Shown: positions 44,146 to 52,599 of the stretch, in pieces
How the letters are laid out: the number at the start of each line of letters is the position of its first letter
Position numbering within the stretch: the stretch's first letter is position 1
Notes under the pieces: generated by a model
Database searches by the model: none
Told to the model about the DNA's origin: nothing
The model's input: only the letters and a program-made list of their open reading frames with translations
Source: a virus
IMG/VR virus record: IMGVR_UViG_3300045594_000099
Coordinates: 1 to 64,000 of that record
Strand: one strand, 5' to 3'
DNA: 64,000 bases
Translations under genes and position numbers: made by a program

Positions 44146-44242
44146 TTGTACGACGTTGTCATGTGTGGACTTAGAATGCGAGGTATATATAATTTATAAT
44201 CCTAATACTACTAAGTTCACACATGACATCCTCATAACACGT
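44142..44242. repeat. Palindromic intergenic element, copy 5
   Basis: ctgattgtacgacgttgtcatgtgtggacttagaatg..gtatatataatttataat..gttcacacatgacatcctcataacacg; compensatory arm changes keep pairing (gtcatgtgtg / cacacatgac). Confidence 0.8.
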
Positions 44243-44318
44243 GAGATACACTGAGTTAAAATATAGGATATGAATATGACAGCGTCATGATGAAGCTGAA
44301 ACAAAGCTCAATCTTGAT

Positions 44319-44347
44319 TTTACTTTCTGCAAAAGTGGTTATATAAT
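44319..44347 (+). promoter_or_regulatory. Conserved cassette promoter (TTTACT-17-TATAAT)
   Basis: tGATTTTACTTTCtgcaaaagtggtTATATAATATAA; drives GC-rich island 2. Confidence 0.75.
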
Positions 44348-44391
44348 ATAAATATAAGGAAAACAAATAAAAAAGAAAGAAAGCGATAAAA

Positions 44392-44604
44392 ATGAAAAAG
44401 ACAATCAGAATAGACAATTTGGAAGATGTGAAGATCGGTGACATGCTGTTTGTCAAAGGGCGCAGCGACGGGTTCCATGTAGTATGCGTGCGCGCATGCG
44501 CTTCGTGGCTCCATGTAGCTGTGGACAACCCATCCTGTAACAGGATGGCTTACGTGAGTACGGACAGGTTCGATCATGCTGAGCGGAAGGCTGTGGCGCG
44601 ATGA
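44392..44604 (+). CDS. Hypothetical small protein, first gene of GC-rich island 2
   Basis: 70-aa ORF; AT-rich first 60 nt then GC-rich. Confidence 0.5.
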   Translation: MKKTIRIDNLEDVKIGDMLFVKGRSDGFHVVCVRACASWLHVAVDNPSCNRMAYVSTDRFDHAERKAVAR

Positions 44605-44676
44605 GCATCACAACAGATGAAGCGTAAGTCAAGGCAGTGAATCAGCTTTGTTAAAGTACAAAAGAGGGACATAATC

Positions 44677-44832
44677 ATGAGCGGCGTTCTTAACGTTTCG
44701 TTCTCCATACCGTTTGAAACATACGACATGGACGATATTAACCAGATGCTCAGCCATGCAGGGTTCGTTGATCCTAGGTGCTATGAGATATCTTTTAAAG
44801 ATTTTGAAGATGATGAGGAGCAGGAATCATGA
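44677..44832 (+). CDS. Hypothetical small acidic protein (51 aa)
   Basis: After aaagaggga; stop overlaps next ATG; below track cutoff. Confidence 0.35.
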   Translation: MSGVLNVSFSIPFETYDMDDINQMLSHAGFVDPRCYEISFKDFEDDEEQES

Positions 44833-45353
44833 CACAGGAATACACGCCAACCACTGATGAGGTTCGTAGGGGTTTCAGAGCTGATCCGAGCAAATATGAA
44901 TACGCTGAAACGCCTGAGTACATAGACGAGAACTGGTGGGAGCTTAATAAACTGGCCCATGGCCGCCCCGACGAACTCGCCGCTCATGATGCTCAGGTAC
45001 GAGCAGAAGCAGTGCTTTCAGCTTTTCATTATGACGATTACGAGAGTGAGGATGGCGAAGAGCCGAGACTTCGACTAGGTGACTATGTGTATGCATTCTG
45101 CGAGCTTCCGCCAAACATGGGAGAGGTTTGTTTTCACGCACATATTGTCAATTTCTCCGATGATTACAGGGGCGTTAAACCCACACCTGCTTTCAAAATA
45201 CTGGATTCAGAAGGCGAAGAAAGATATGCGTCAATTCTTGAATGCGCGATGCAGGGTTACTCGTTCATTCTTGTAAACAAGCAGTCAGTTGCCGAGCACC
45301 GTAAGGAGACAGTAATGAATGAGTATCTTGAACAATTGAACAGAGCATATTAG
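44829..45353 (+). CDS. Hypothetical protein; GC-rich homolog of 35441..35761 in its C-terminal half
   Basis: LGDYVYAF...RYASILECAMQGYSFILVNKQS versus FVYVTR...QYKSILDLLMSGYSFIKISEKQ. Confidence 0.55.
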   Translation: MTQEYTPTTDEVRRGFRADPSKYEYAETPEYIDENWWELNKLAHGRPDELAAHDAQVRAEAVLSAFHYDDYESEDGEEPRLRLGDYVYAFCELPPNMGEVCFHAHIVNFSDDYRGVKPTPAFKILDSEGEERYASILECAMQGYSFILVNKQSVAEHRKETVMNEYLEQLNRAY

Positions 45354-45374
45354 AAAGTAGTAAGGAATATTATC

Positions 45375-45617
45375 ATGAAAGAAGCAAACTCAGTATTCGA
45401 CGTTCTGCTCTTCGACGAAAAGCATAATCTTATAGAGCGAATTGGCCCCTTTGTTGAAGATTATAGTGATGTTATAGAGCTGGGATATTCAAGGCTTTCG
45501 GAGAAGAGGCCAGAACAGCAAAAGCCTGCGTATTTCACAATTGAGAAGAGGTTTCTACCTTTTCTCAATCAGAAGAATACCCCGTTCGAATACCCCTTTG
45601 TTATAAGGAGACAGTAA
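45375..45617 (+). CDS. Hypothetical small protein
   Basis: 80-aa ORF after gtaaggaatattatc. Confidence 0.5.
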   Translation: MKEANSVFDVLLFDEKHNLIERIGPFVEDYSDVIELGYSRLSEKRPEQQKPAYFTIEKRFLPFLNQKNTPFEYPFVIRRQ

Positions 45618-45636
45618 GGAATGAAAGGCTTGAATC

Positions 45637-46602
45637 ATGGACATTCAAAATCAGAACTACCCGAATTGGCAGCATGACAGTACTCATATATCGCACCCAT
45701 CTGCACAAGCTCCTGATCCAGACAGCAAGAAGCATGACACGATCAAGAAAATTGCAATTGGAGTTGGCGTAGCAGTTGTTGTAGCGGCAACATGCTTAGC
45801 GATACATTCATACGTTCAGAAAGCTAATGTAGTAGGTCTCAATGCTGCTTTTAGTAGATGCGACAATGAAATGAACAAATCTTTCAAAGATGACGGTTTC
45901 AGTGCTGACGACTACATGGCATCAACTTCGTCAGTGTCTCCATACAGCAATACGAAGTATTTCGACTGCATTGCGACTAATCTTGGAGTAGACAAGAGCA
46001 ATCTTAATTCGATAGTCAAGCATGACGCTGACAAGGGCAGTGATGAGACTGTAGACACTGCTGGCACTAAAGCAAAACAAAATGGAGACTATCGGTTCTT
46101 CCTGTTCAAGAACGACTATGGCAAGTATCAGTTTGGAGCTATGACAGAAGCTACGTATGATACTTACTTCAAACCTGAACCAGCATCCAATTCTTCGTCT
46201 GATTCTGATTCAGATAGCAGTTCTAGCGATAATGACCAGCAAGATGCTTCTCAGCCAGAACCTAGTGATAGTGATGCAACTCCTTCTTCATCGCAATTAA
46301 AAGAGCAGATCATGGACACTTGCTTTGCTGATGTGACTACGTCGCAATATGCTAAGCTTGGCTTCATCAATGACAATGAGCTTGTATGGAATGACTCTAC
46401 TGAAATGGTAGCTAATGGCGCAGATGCTATCAACTGCACTAAGAATCTGATTCATTCCACAGATCCAGACGTGACTTGGTCCCAGCTTATGAGCATTCAT
46501 GGTCGTCAAGCACCCTTGATGCTCATTGGAGCTTGCGGAGTCATAGAAATACAAGATGGAGACACTCAGGACTCTACTGCAGTGCAAGTCAGTCTGGACT
46601 AG
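45637..46602 (+). CDS. N-terminally membrane-anchored protein with Ser/Asp-rich linker
   Basis: TM segment IAIGVGVAVVVAATCLAI; SNSSSDSDSDSSSSDNDQQD linker. Confidence 0.55.
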   Translation: MDIQNQNYPNWQHDSTHISHPSAQAPDPDSKKHDTIKKIAIGVGVAVVVAATCLAIHSYVQKANVVGLNAAFSRCDNEMNKSFKDDGFSADDYMASTSSVSPYSNTKYFDCIATNLGVDKSNLNSIVKHDADKGSDETVDTAGTKAKQNGDYRFFLFKNDYGKYQFGAMTEATYDTYFKPEPASNSSSDSDSDSSSSDNDQQDASQPEPSDSDATPSSSQLKEQIMDTCFADVTTSQYAKLGFINDNELVWNDSTEMVANGADAINCTKNLIHSTDPDVTWSQLMSIHGRQAPLMLIGACGVIEIQDGDTQDSTAVQVSLD

Positions 46603-46618
46603 CATTTAGCGAGATTGA

Positions 46619-46647
46619 TTCGAATATAGTAGCGTTGATGATATAAT
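46619..46647 (+). promoter_or_regulatory. Weak cassette promoter variant (TTCGAA-17-TATAAT)
   Basis: gattcgaatatagtagcgttgatgaTATAATATAAc. Confidence 0.4.
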
Positions 46648-46675
46648 ATAACTATATGGATCTTGTCATCACATC

Positions 46676-47761
46676 ATGATTCTTCCATATGAATCGCATC
46701 TATTCTACTACGAAAGGTTGAATGCATTGAGCAATACTATGAAGTTTGAGATAGCTTCTGACGACTTGGGAATCTGGGATGCTTCAGATGCACAAGATCT
46801 CTATTCTAGTCTGAAGTCTTCTGCCAAGAGCTACAATGTAGTTCTGCAATATGATGGCGAGGACGGATTCAATTATGCATTCACAGCTGTAGGAGATGGA
46901 GACGATCTTCTAGCTTTGTATGATGGTGCAATTAGATGGTACACGAAAATGTCTGCTGAAGATGCTGCAAGCGAATCAGCTGAAAATGGAGGAATAACTA
47001 TGTCTGCTAAGAAGACAGCTGCTGACGACTTCGACTGGTCTTTGGAGTCATATGACGATCCAGACTATGGCGAGATCAAAGAATGGACATACAGCACTGG
47101 CAAAGACGAGTTCACGATCCAGTCTTATGTAGATGAAGATGGCTTTGAGCATTTTGATGCTACATCGTCAGTCAATGGTCTGCTAAATGACAGCTTCGAT
47201 GGATTCGATTCGTTTGAAGAAGCTGAAAATGCTTGCTACAATGCTGCTGATCTTGATGATGAGAAAGAAGCAGATGACCCATTTGCTACTGAAGCTTCTG
47301 CAAAGAAAGCCCATCTTGATGGCTGGGAAGAAGACGAACCAGGTACATTCTACAAGGAATTATCGAATGGCTTTGAAGGTTTTGTTGGAGATGCTACTGG
47401 CAATGGCTTTGGCTATACTATTCTAAACAATACGGATAACGATCTGCCTTCAAACGAGCTGTATTCAAAGGATGGCTTTGATTCTATTGAAGAAGCTGAA
47501 GCTGCTGCAGATGCATGGGTAGCTTCCAATATCACTGCCTCGAAGCATGAAGCTTCTGTAAAGAAAGCACATGACGTATCTAATCTAGATGTAGCTATTT
47601 CAGCACTGTCTGATCAATTAGCGCTTGATCCGGATGATGAACTAGCTGATATGCTTTCAGATCTAGTCGAATACAGAAACGGTGAAGCAAAAGAGACTGT
47701 TGAAGACGAATTCGAAGCACATGGAGAGAATGTTCCGATCACTGAATCTGCAAAGAAATAA
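46676..47761 (+). CDS. Highly acidic protein with internal repeats (start uncertain, alternative ATG 46739)
   Basis: Repeated modules DGFDSFEEAENA / DGFDSIEEAEAA and SAKKTAADDFDW / SAKKAHLDGWEED / SVKKAHDVS / ESAKK; D+E very abundant. Confidence 0.6.
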   Translation: MILPYESHLFYYERLNALSNTMKFEIASDDLGIWDASDAQDLYSSLKSSAKSYNVVLQYDGEDGFNYAFTAVGDGDDLLALYDGAIRWYTKMSAEDAASESAENGGITMSAKKTAADDFDWSLESYDDPDYGEIKEWTYSTGKDEFTIQSYVDEDGFEHFDATSSVNGLLNDSFDGFDSFEEAENACYNAADLDDEKEADDPFATEASAKKAHLDGWEEDEPGTFYKELSNGFEGFVGDATGNGFGYTILNNTDNDLPSNELYSKDGFDSIEEAEAAADAWVASNITASKHEASVKKAHDVSNLDVAISALSDQLALDPDDELADMLSDLVEYRNGEAKETVEDEFEAHGENVPITESAKK

Positions 47762-47838
47762 TCTGCTGAATTGACATCTTTTTGATGTTCGAATATAGCA
47801 TTTGCACTTGATATGACGATGCCATGAAGTCTAGTCTA

Positions 47839-47866
47839 AGCCCAGCCCAATAAGCTGGGCTTTTTC
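47839..47866 (+). terminator. Rho-independent terminator
   Basis: AGCCCAGC-ccaataa-GCTGGGCT followed by TTTTT; the only classical GC-stem/T-tract terminator I found. Confidence 0.8.
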
Positions 47867-47886
47867 TATATTCTTTTCATGTCGAT

Positions 47887-47915
47887 TTTACTTTCATAAA
47901 ATAGTGTTATATAAT
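47887..47915 (+). promoter_or_regulatory. Conserved cassette promoter (TTTACT-17-TATAAT)
   Basis: cGATTTTACTTTCataaaatagtgtTATATAATATAAc. Confidence 0.75.
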
Positions 47916-47959
47916 ATAACTATAAATAAAAAACAATCAACAAAAGGAAGAAGTCAATC

Positions 47960-48271
47960 ATGATGTGGTATTTCACATTCGGAAGCAAATACGACTACGA
48001 GCCTCATTCAGTACTAGGCAACATCAGTGCAGATGAAGTCATTCTTGTAGAAGCTGCTTCTTATGATGATGCTAGAACTGCTATGCTAGATGTAGTCGGA
48101 ACAGAATTCGCTTTCCAGTACGAGACTCCTACTGTTCCAGATAATGTGCTGCTGAAAATAACAGTAAAGAATGAAAATGGAAAGAAGACATACAGCTACG
48201 TTCCATTCCCGTCTACTCCAATCGTAGTCAATCGTTATGCTCAGATTGAGAATGCATTCGTTCATACATGA
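47960..48271 (+). CDS. Hypothetical protein
   Basis: 103-aa ORF after aaaaggaagaagtcaatc. Confidence 0.55.
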   Translation: MMWYFTFGSKYDYEPHSVLGNISADEVILVEAASYDDARTAMLDVVGTEFAFQYETPTVPDNVLLKITVKNENGKKTYSYVPFPSTPIVVNRYAQIENAFVHT

Positions 48272-48306
48272 CCTGGAAAGTATCAAGCAAGTCTTAAGGA
48301 TGTAAA

Positions 48307-48708
48307 ATGACAGACTTGTACACGATATCCAACATAGAAGTAGATTCCAATGGACTATCTAAAGACACATATATTGGACGATTGATGTATGCTGCTGATT
48401 TGAAATTCAAAGACGAGATAATTGACTTCTACAAAGAAGACTTTGTAAAGAGACTTCATAGTGATGGCTGCAATGCTACAAAAGAAGATGTGCAAGTACA
48501 TGTAGAGTATTCAGACAGTACTTTACAGTTCACTATTTGGATGAAATACATTCCATGCAAGTCTCTTGTCAATTCTTTGGAACGCGATACTGTCTATGGC
48601 AAGTTGTCAGATCCAGTTCGATATGCTACTGACGGGACAAAGCAGTATCGATATGCTGGCATCAATCCAAGATTGAACGTATGCATATATACATTAGACG
48701 AGGAGTGA
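48307..48708 (+). CDS. Hypothetical protein
   Basis: 133-aa ORF after taaggatgtaaa. Confidence 0.55.
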   Translation: MTDLYTISNIEVDSNGLSKDTYIGRLMYAADLKFKDEIIDFYKEDFVKRLHSDGCNATKEDVQVHVEYSDSTLQFTIWMKYIPCKSLVNSLERDTVYGKLSDPVRYATDGTKQYRYAGINPRLNVCIYTLDEE

Positions 48709-48711
48709 CAT

Positions 48712-48972
48712 ATGGAAGACTTCAACATAAAATACTCAAATCGACAGAAAGGGTATATTGAATATTTGACAGAAAATCCACGTATTGCAGGCTACATAAT
48801 GCGAAGAAAAATTGTGATTTATGCAGATGAATCTACTGGCAAGAAACAGTATGCATATCGCTGGATAATACGTCACGATGACGGTTTTGGCTATAAGACT
48901 TTGAATGAAGCTAAGAAAGCAGTAGAAGAAAGAATGCGAAATGGAAGTCTGGAGCAATTCACATTATTATGA
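48712..48972 (+). CDS. Hypothetical protein
   Basis: 86-aa ORF after gaggagtgacat. Confidence 0.5.
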   Translation: MEDFNIKYSNRQKGYIEYLTENPRIAGYIMRRKIVIYADESTGKKQYAYRWIIRHDDGFGYKTLNEAKKAVEERMRNGSLEQFTLL

Positions 48973-49124
48973 CTAGCTGCGACGATCTTCCATTCTACAG
49001 ATACATCCAATCTGGTTTCAGCATAGACTACTTGTTCAGAGAGTTCGGAATTAGCTATGAAGAAGCTACTCGTATCTTTGATGACTTCGATGATGCATAT
49101 TGCAAAGACGTTCTAGATGAGTAG
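48969..49124 (+). CDS. Hypothetical small protein (51 aa)
   Basis: ATGA-coupled; MTSCDDLPFYRYIQSGF...; below track cutoff. Confidence 0.3.
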   Translation: MTSCDDLPFYRYIQSGFSIDYLFREFGISYEEATRIFDDFDDAYCKDVLDE

Positions 49125-49222
49125 ATTTACGACGTTGTTCTCTAATGACTTAGAATTGTAAGTATATATAATTATATATACTGAATACTCGAGGTTCACA
49201 CATATAAACCTCGTAATTCTGA
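49122..49222. repeat. Palindromic intergenic element, copy 6
   Basis: tagatttacgacgttgttctctaatgacttagaattg..gtatatataattatatatac..ggttcacacatataaacctcgtaattctg. Confidence 0.85.
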
Positions 49223-49312
49223 GGATATGCAGAGTATAAAGATAGGATATGAATATGACATGAACATGCTGATTGAAAACGAAGATAGAAACAGAAACGA
49301 AAAGGACGAAAT

Positions 49313-49483
49313 ATGGTTGCGCTTGTCAAGCCAAATGATGTAGACAACAAAGAATTCGACTTCAAGACTAGCTACAAAAGGGACTGGTATGATGCAGACC
49401 AAGTAGATGACTTTCTAGATGATGTGCATGACACTATACTGGAGCTAGCTAAAGACAACATACGATTGAGAAAGAGACTTTGA
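49313..49483 (+). CDS. DivIVA-domain small protein (56 aa)
   Basis: FDFKTSYKRDWYDADQVDDFLDDVHDTILELAKDNIRLRKRL fits the DivIVA N-terminal pattern F....rGY....VD.FLd.v....l..eN..L. Confidence 0.55.
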   Translation: MVALVKPNDVDNKEFDFKTSYKRDWYDADQVDDFLDDVHDTILELAKDNIRLRKRL

Positions 49484-49488
49484 ATAGA

Positions 49489-49920
49489 ATGACTGAATAT
49501 ATGAGACTATCAGATGTTGCTCAAGAACCGACTAGAAAGCATGCATTTGATGCTGGCTCTGATCTGCATTCTTCTGAAGACACGACAATCGAACCTGGAC
49601 AGTACAAGCTTGTGCATACAGGCATTGCTATTAGACTAGACAAGAACAAAGTAGCAATGGTAGTTCCACGATCTGGTCTAGCTATCCATAATGGAATCAC
49701 AGTCATGAATTCTCCAGGAATTGTAGACTCTGGATACAGAGGAGAGATTCTAGTCAATCTTGTCAATCACAGCGACAAAGTATTCGAAATCAAGACTGGT
49801 GACAGAATCGCTCAGCTTCTTGTCATGTCTGTAGACTTGTCAAATTGGGAAGAAACAGAAAGCCTGGGCAAGTCTGAAGATGGAAGAGATGAATCTGGCT
49901 TCGGATCTACAGGAGTCTGA
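49489..49920 (+). CDS. dut: Trimeric dUTPase
   Basis: All five motifs: DAGSDL, PRSG, GIVDSGYRGEI, GDRIAQLL, RDESGFGSTG. Confidence 0.93.
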   Translation: MTEYMRLSDVAQEPTRKHAFDAGSDLHSSEDTTIEPGQYKLVHTGIAIRLDKNKVAMVVPRSGLAIHNGITVMNSPGIVDSGYRGEILVNLVNHSDKVFEIKTGDRIAQLLVMSVDLSNWEETESLGKSEDGRDESGFGSTGV

Positions 49921-49977
49921 TTGCAATAGCATGAAATGCTATGTCTTATAATAGAAAGCTTAGAAAAGGGAATTGAA

Positions 49978-50454
49978 ATGAAGCGCACTTTAAGAATCAA
50001 CATGAAGAACAATGTGAAAGATGGAGATCGAGTTCATGTATTCTTGCACGACTTGAATGTTGATTTCATGTTCGACAGAGAATGTGAGATATATGCAAAC
50101 TACATTGCGCATCTTGAAGATGGAGTCATCTATGTCGGAGGATGCAATATAGACAGTCTATACGATCAGAATCATGCGCCAAAGCAAGGGTCTTATGCAG
50201 AATTCTTGTTTGCTACTAGAGAGAAAGACGAGGAGATTGACGAAGTAGACAGCTTTCTTTCAAGACAAGATGTATTGACTCTGTTCAGAAAAGAAGATGG
50301 GTCTGTATGGTTCATCAGCAGAGACAACCATCCGATTCTTCTTCATGGGGCTCGTGGCAATGTCACTGCTAAATACGCTAGACAATGCATTGACTCTTAT
50401 GGCTTCCCTGGAGGAATGAGTCGTTACAAGCGATTCGATGTACCTCTTAAGTAG
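49978..50454 (+). CDS. Hypothetical protein
   Basis: ATG 49978 (MKRTLRI) after gaaaaggg. Confidence 0.5.
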   Translation: MKRTLRINMKNNVKDGDRVHVFLHDLNVDFMFDRECEIYANYIAHLEDGVIYVGGCNIDSLYDQNHAPKQGSYAEFLFATREKDEEIDEVDSFLSRQDVLTLFRKEDGSVWFISRDNHPILLHGARGNVTAKYARQCIDSYGFPGGMSRYKRFDVPLK

Positions 50455-50496
50455 CATTCTGCAAAAATGCAATTTAGCATGTTCTCATGAATCACT

Positions 50497-50564
50497 CAGA
50501 TTAATTGCAGTAAACCGTTAGTATATAATTATATATACAAGCTTCAATGACTACAGTTAATCTG
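50497..50564. repeat. Short variant of the palindromic element (termini and centre only)
   Basis: cagattaattgcag..gtatataattatatatac..ctacagttaatctg; its right end forms the first codons of ORF 50547. Confidence 0.6.
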
Positions 50565-51611
50565 GTGAAAATGGGACATTTTGTAAAAGTGTTGGATTCT
50601 GAAGCAATTGACACTTCAGATATGAGCAATATTGAGCTAGATGCTTTCCAGAAAGCTAAAGCTTACAAGCATCTTGCATTCTCCAGGCCTATTCAGTTCA
50701 AGCCAGATGCTAATGGCTCAATTGAAGAGCAAGCTATGGCAGCTGAAGAAGCAGCTGATCCAATAAATGCTAGAGTTGAGAACAGAGCTCAGTTCGTCGA
50801 AGGCTTGAATGTCTATCTGTCTCCTCAAGCTGTTGCTAAGATATTTGACGACTTCGACATCAATGGCATTCACAGACATCTTGAGAAGCAAAATCAGGGT
50901 GCATACTCTAAAGAGTACCATATGCATTGCGATCCAGCTAAAGTCAACGATGACTTCGCTGTAATGATATGCCATTCTGAACTGAATGAGCCTGACGAGT
51001 TCGGCATAAGCTACAAGCACATGATAGTCGACTGGTATTCAGTCTACAAGTCAAGCCAGTTCGAATCTGGTCAGATAGAGTACAGACACATACTGAATGA
51101 CATAAAGCAGCTTATAGCTATGTTCAGACTAAAGACGATATCATTCGATCAGTTCAATTCAGTCATGCCTATACAGGATCTGATGGCATACTGCCATGAT
51201 AACAACATAGCTTGCAAAGTGTTCGAAGAGACATTCACTGGAAGCAAGAACACTAAGATGTACGAGACATTGAAGATGTGCATAAATGAGCATTGGGTTC
51301 ATTCGTACTTCGATGACATGAACACTTGGGAGACAGCTAGGTGCATGCTTCAAGCAGAACTGGAAGCTTTGCAGATAGTGAATGGCAAAGTAGTCAAGCC
51401 AAGAATAGGGAATCTTGGGCACTCAGATCTTGTCGACTGCTTGATGGTGCTAGCATACAGACTTCTTTCAGACCAGACTAATGCTAGAGCAGACAGATAT
51501 CTGAACAATGTCGTGTCTAGTCCATCTGATTCGTTAAATTCAGCAGTATCTGACATAGATGCATATGCTAAGCCGTCTAAGTTCAAGTCTCCGTATTCTG
51601 GAATGTTTTGA
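50547..51611 (+). CDS. Terminase large subunit, nuclease half (separate gene; start may be ATG 50571)
   Basis: DPINARVENRAQFVEG (linker motif dp..f..e..a.F), HMHCDPAKVNDDFAVMICH (first catalytic Asp strand), ISFDQFNS, HSDLVDCLMVLAY (last Asp), the RNase-H-like TerL nuclease layout. Confidence 0.75.
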   Translation: MTTVNLVKMGHFVKVLDSEAIDTSDMSNIELDAFQKAKAYKHLAFSRPIQFKPDANGSIEEQAMAAEEAADPINARVENRAQFVEGLNVYLSPQAVAKIFDDFDINGIHRHLEKQNQGAYSKEYHMHCDPAKVNDDFAVMICHSELNEPDEFGISYKHMIVDWYSVYKSSQFESGQIEYRHILNDIKQLIAMFRLKTISFDQFNSVMPIQDLMAYCHDNNIACKVFEETFTGSKNTKMYETLKMCINEHWVHSYFDDMNTWETARCMLQAELEALQIVNGKVVKPRIGNLGHSDLVDCLMVLAYRLLSDQTNARADRYLNNVVSSPSDSLNSAVSDIDAYAKPSKFKSPYSGMF

Positions 51612-51638
51612 TTCCATCCATTGCACTGGCTATATCAC

Positions 51639-51733
51639 CAGAATTACGACGTTGTTCTCTGTGAACTTCCAGTATCAAGTATATATAATTATATATGCAT
51701 CGGATTCTAAGTCCACACATATAAACGTCGTCA
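51639..51733. repeat. Palindromic intergenic element, copy 7
   Basis: cagaattacgacgttgttctctgtgaac..gtatatataattatatatg..gtccacacatataaacgtcgtcaat. Confidence 0.85.
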
Positions 51734-51746
51734 ATAGTATTAGCGG

Positions 51747-51775
51747 CATGCTTTCTGCAAGCGTTTTGATATAAT
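51747..51775 (+). promoter_or_regulatory. Cassette promoter derivative with lost -35 and an extended -10 (TGaTATAAT)
   Basis: CATGCT-ttctgcaagcgttttga-TATAAT keeps the spacer core ttctgcaa of the promoter at 44319. Confidence 0.4.
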
Positions 51776-51814
51776 TATCAATATAAGCAACATTACTACG
51801 AAACGAGCAGCCAT

Positions 51815-52291
51815 ATGGTATCAAGACGACAGCAAGACAGAGCTCTAGAAAGAGCTAGAGCTGCAGAGCAGCCTGCAGAAGATGAAGTCGAAATGCATGA
51901 CGAAGCTGAGACGCATGATCAGGCTGATGAGTTTGCTATCATAGAAGCTGCTAGGCAGGGTGAAAAACGACAGACTTTGTCTATTCTCAAGCATACTGTA
52001 GAGATGAAAGTGCTGAATGCTAGAGAAGAGATGGAAGCTTTCACTCTAGTATCTCAGTATGAGAACTCTCTAGCATATCCGCTTGCATACAATACAGCTA
52101 TATTCGCTATGTCTGTCATACGAATAGATGGAGAGCTGTTCATACCGTCTATATCTAAAAGAGACGACACACCAGAAGCTAGATATGAGAAAGCTAAAGA
52201 CTACTACTCTAAATTCATAGAGAAGTATTGCTTAGCTTACAGAGACATGAAAAACGAATCAGACAAAGAACTTGAAGCACTGGGAAAATGA
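51815..52291 (+). CDS. Hypothetical protein, possible tail assembly chaperone
   Basis: Position two genes upstream of the tape-measure-like gene; no motif. Confidence 0.3.
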   Translation: MVSRRQQDRALERARAAEQPAEDEVEMHDEAETHDQADEFAIIEAARQGEKRQTLSILKHTVEMKVLNAREEMEAFTLVSQYENSLAYPLAYNTAIFAMSVIRIDGELFIPSISKRDDTPEARYEKAKDYYSKFIEKYCLAYRDMKNESDKELEALGK

Positions 52292-52599
52292 TACGGCAGG
52301 GACTGTCAGACAACACAGCATCTCGTTTGAGATGGCTTGACAGAAGCAATTCTCTGCCTGAATCTAGACTCAATGTGCACATTAAGCAGTATCTTGATGA
52401 GATCGATGCTAAGAACGACAAAGAGTTCTATGTCAATGTAGCTAAGATGCTGACAGCATTCATCAATCCGAAAATGCATGAAGCAGCATTCCCATCTGAA
52501 GACGACTCTGTCAACCAAAGGCATTCTGTCAATGGAGAAGTAGACATGAGAAAGATATCGGAGTTCCTGTCAGCTCACAATCTTGGCGGTAAAGCATGA
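52288..52599 (+). CDS. Hypothetical protein, possible tail assembly chaperone partner
   Basis: ATGA-coupled on both sides, immediately upstream of the tape-measure-like gene. Confidence 0.3.
   Translation: MIRQGLSDNTASRLRWLDRSNSLPESRLNVHIKQYLDEIDAKNDKEFYVNVAKMLTAFINPKMHEAAFPSEDDSVNQRHSVNGEVDMRKISEFLSAHNLGGKA

Noticed and set aside
34240-50640. Naturally split intein joining the two terminase halves by trans-splicing
   Set aside because: The tail of the ATPase ORF has a Hint-like beta-strand look (KLVIDDNGHKTEIVAD). However, there is no clear nucleophile-initiated N-intein, and the nuclease ORF has no ...HN followed by C, S or T near its start.
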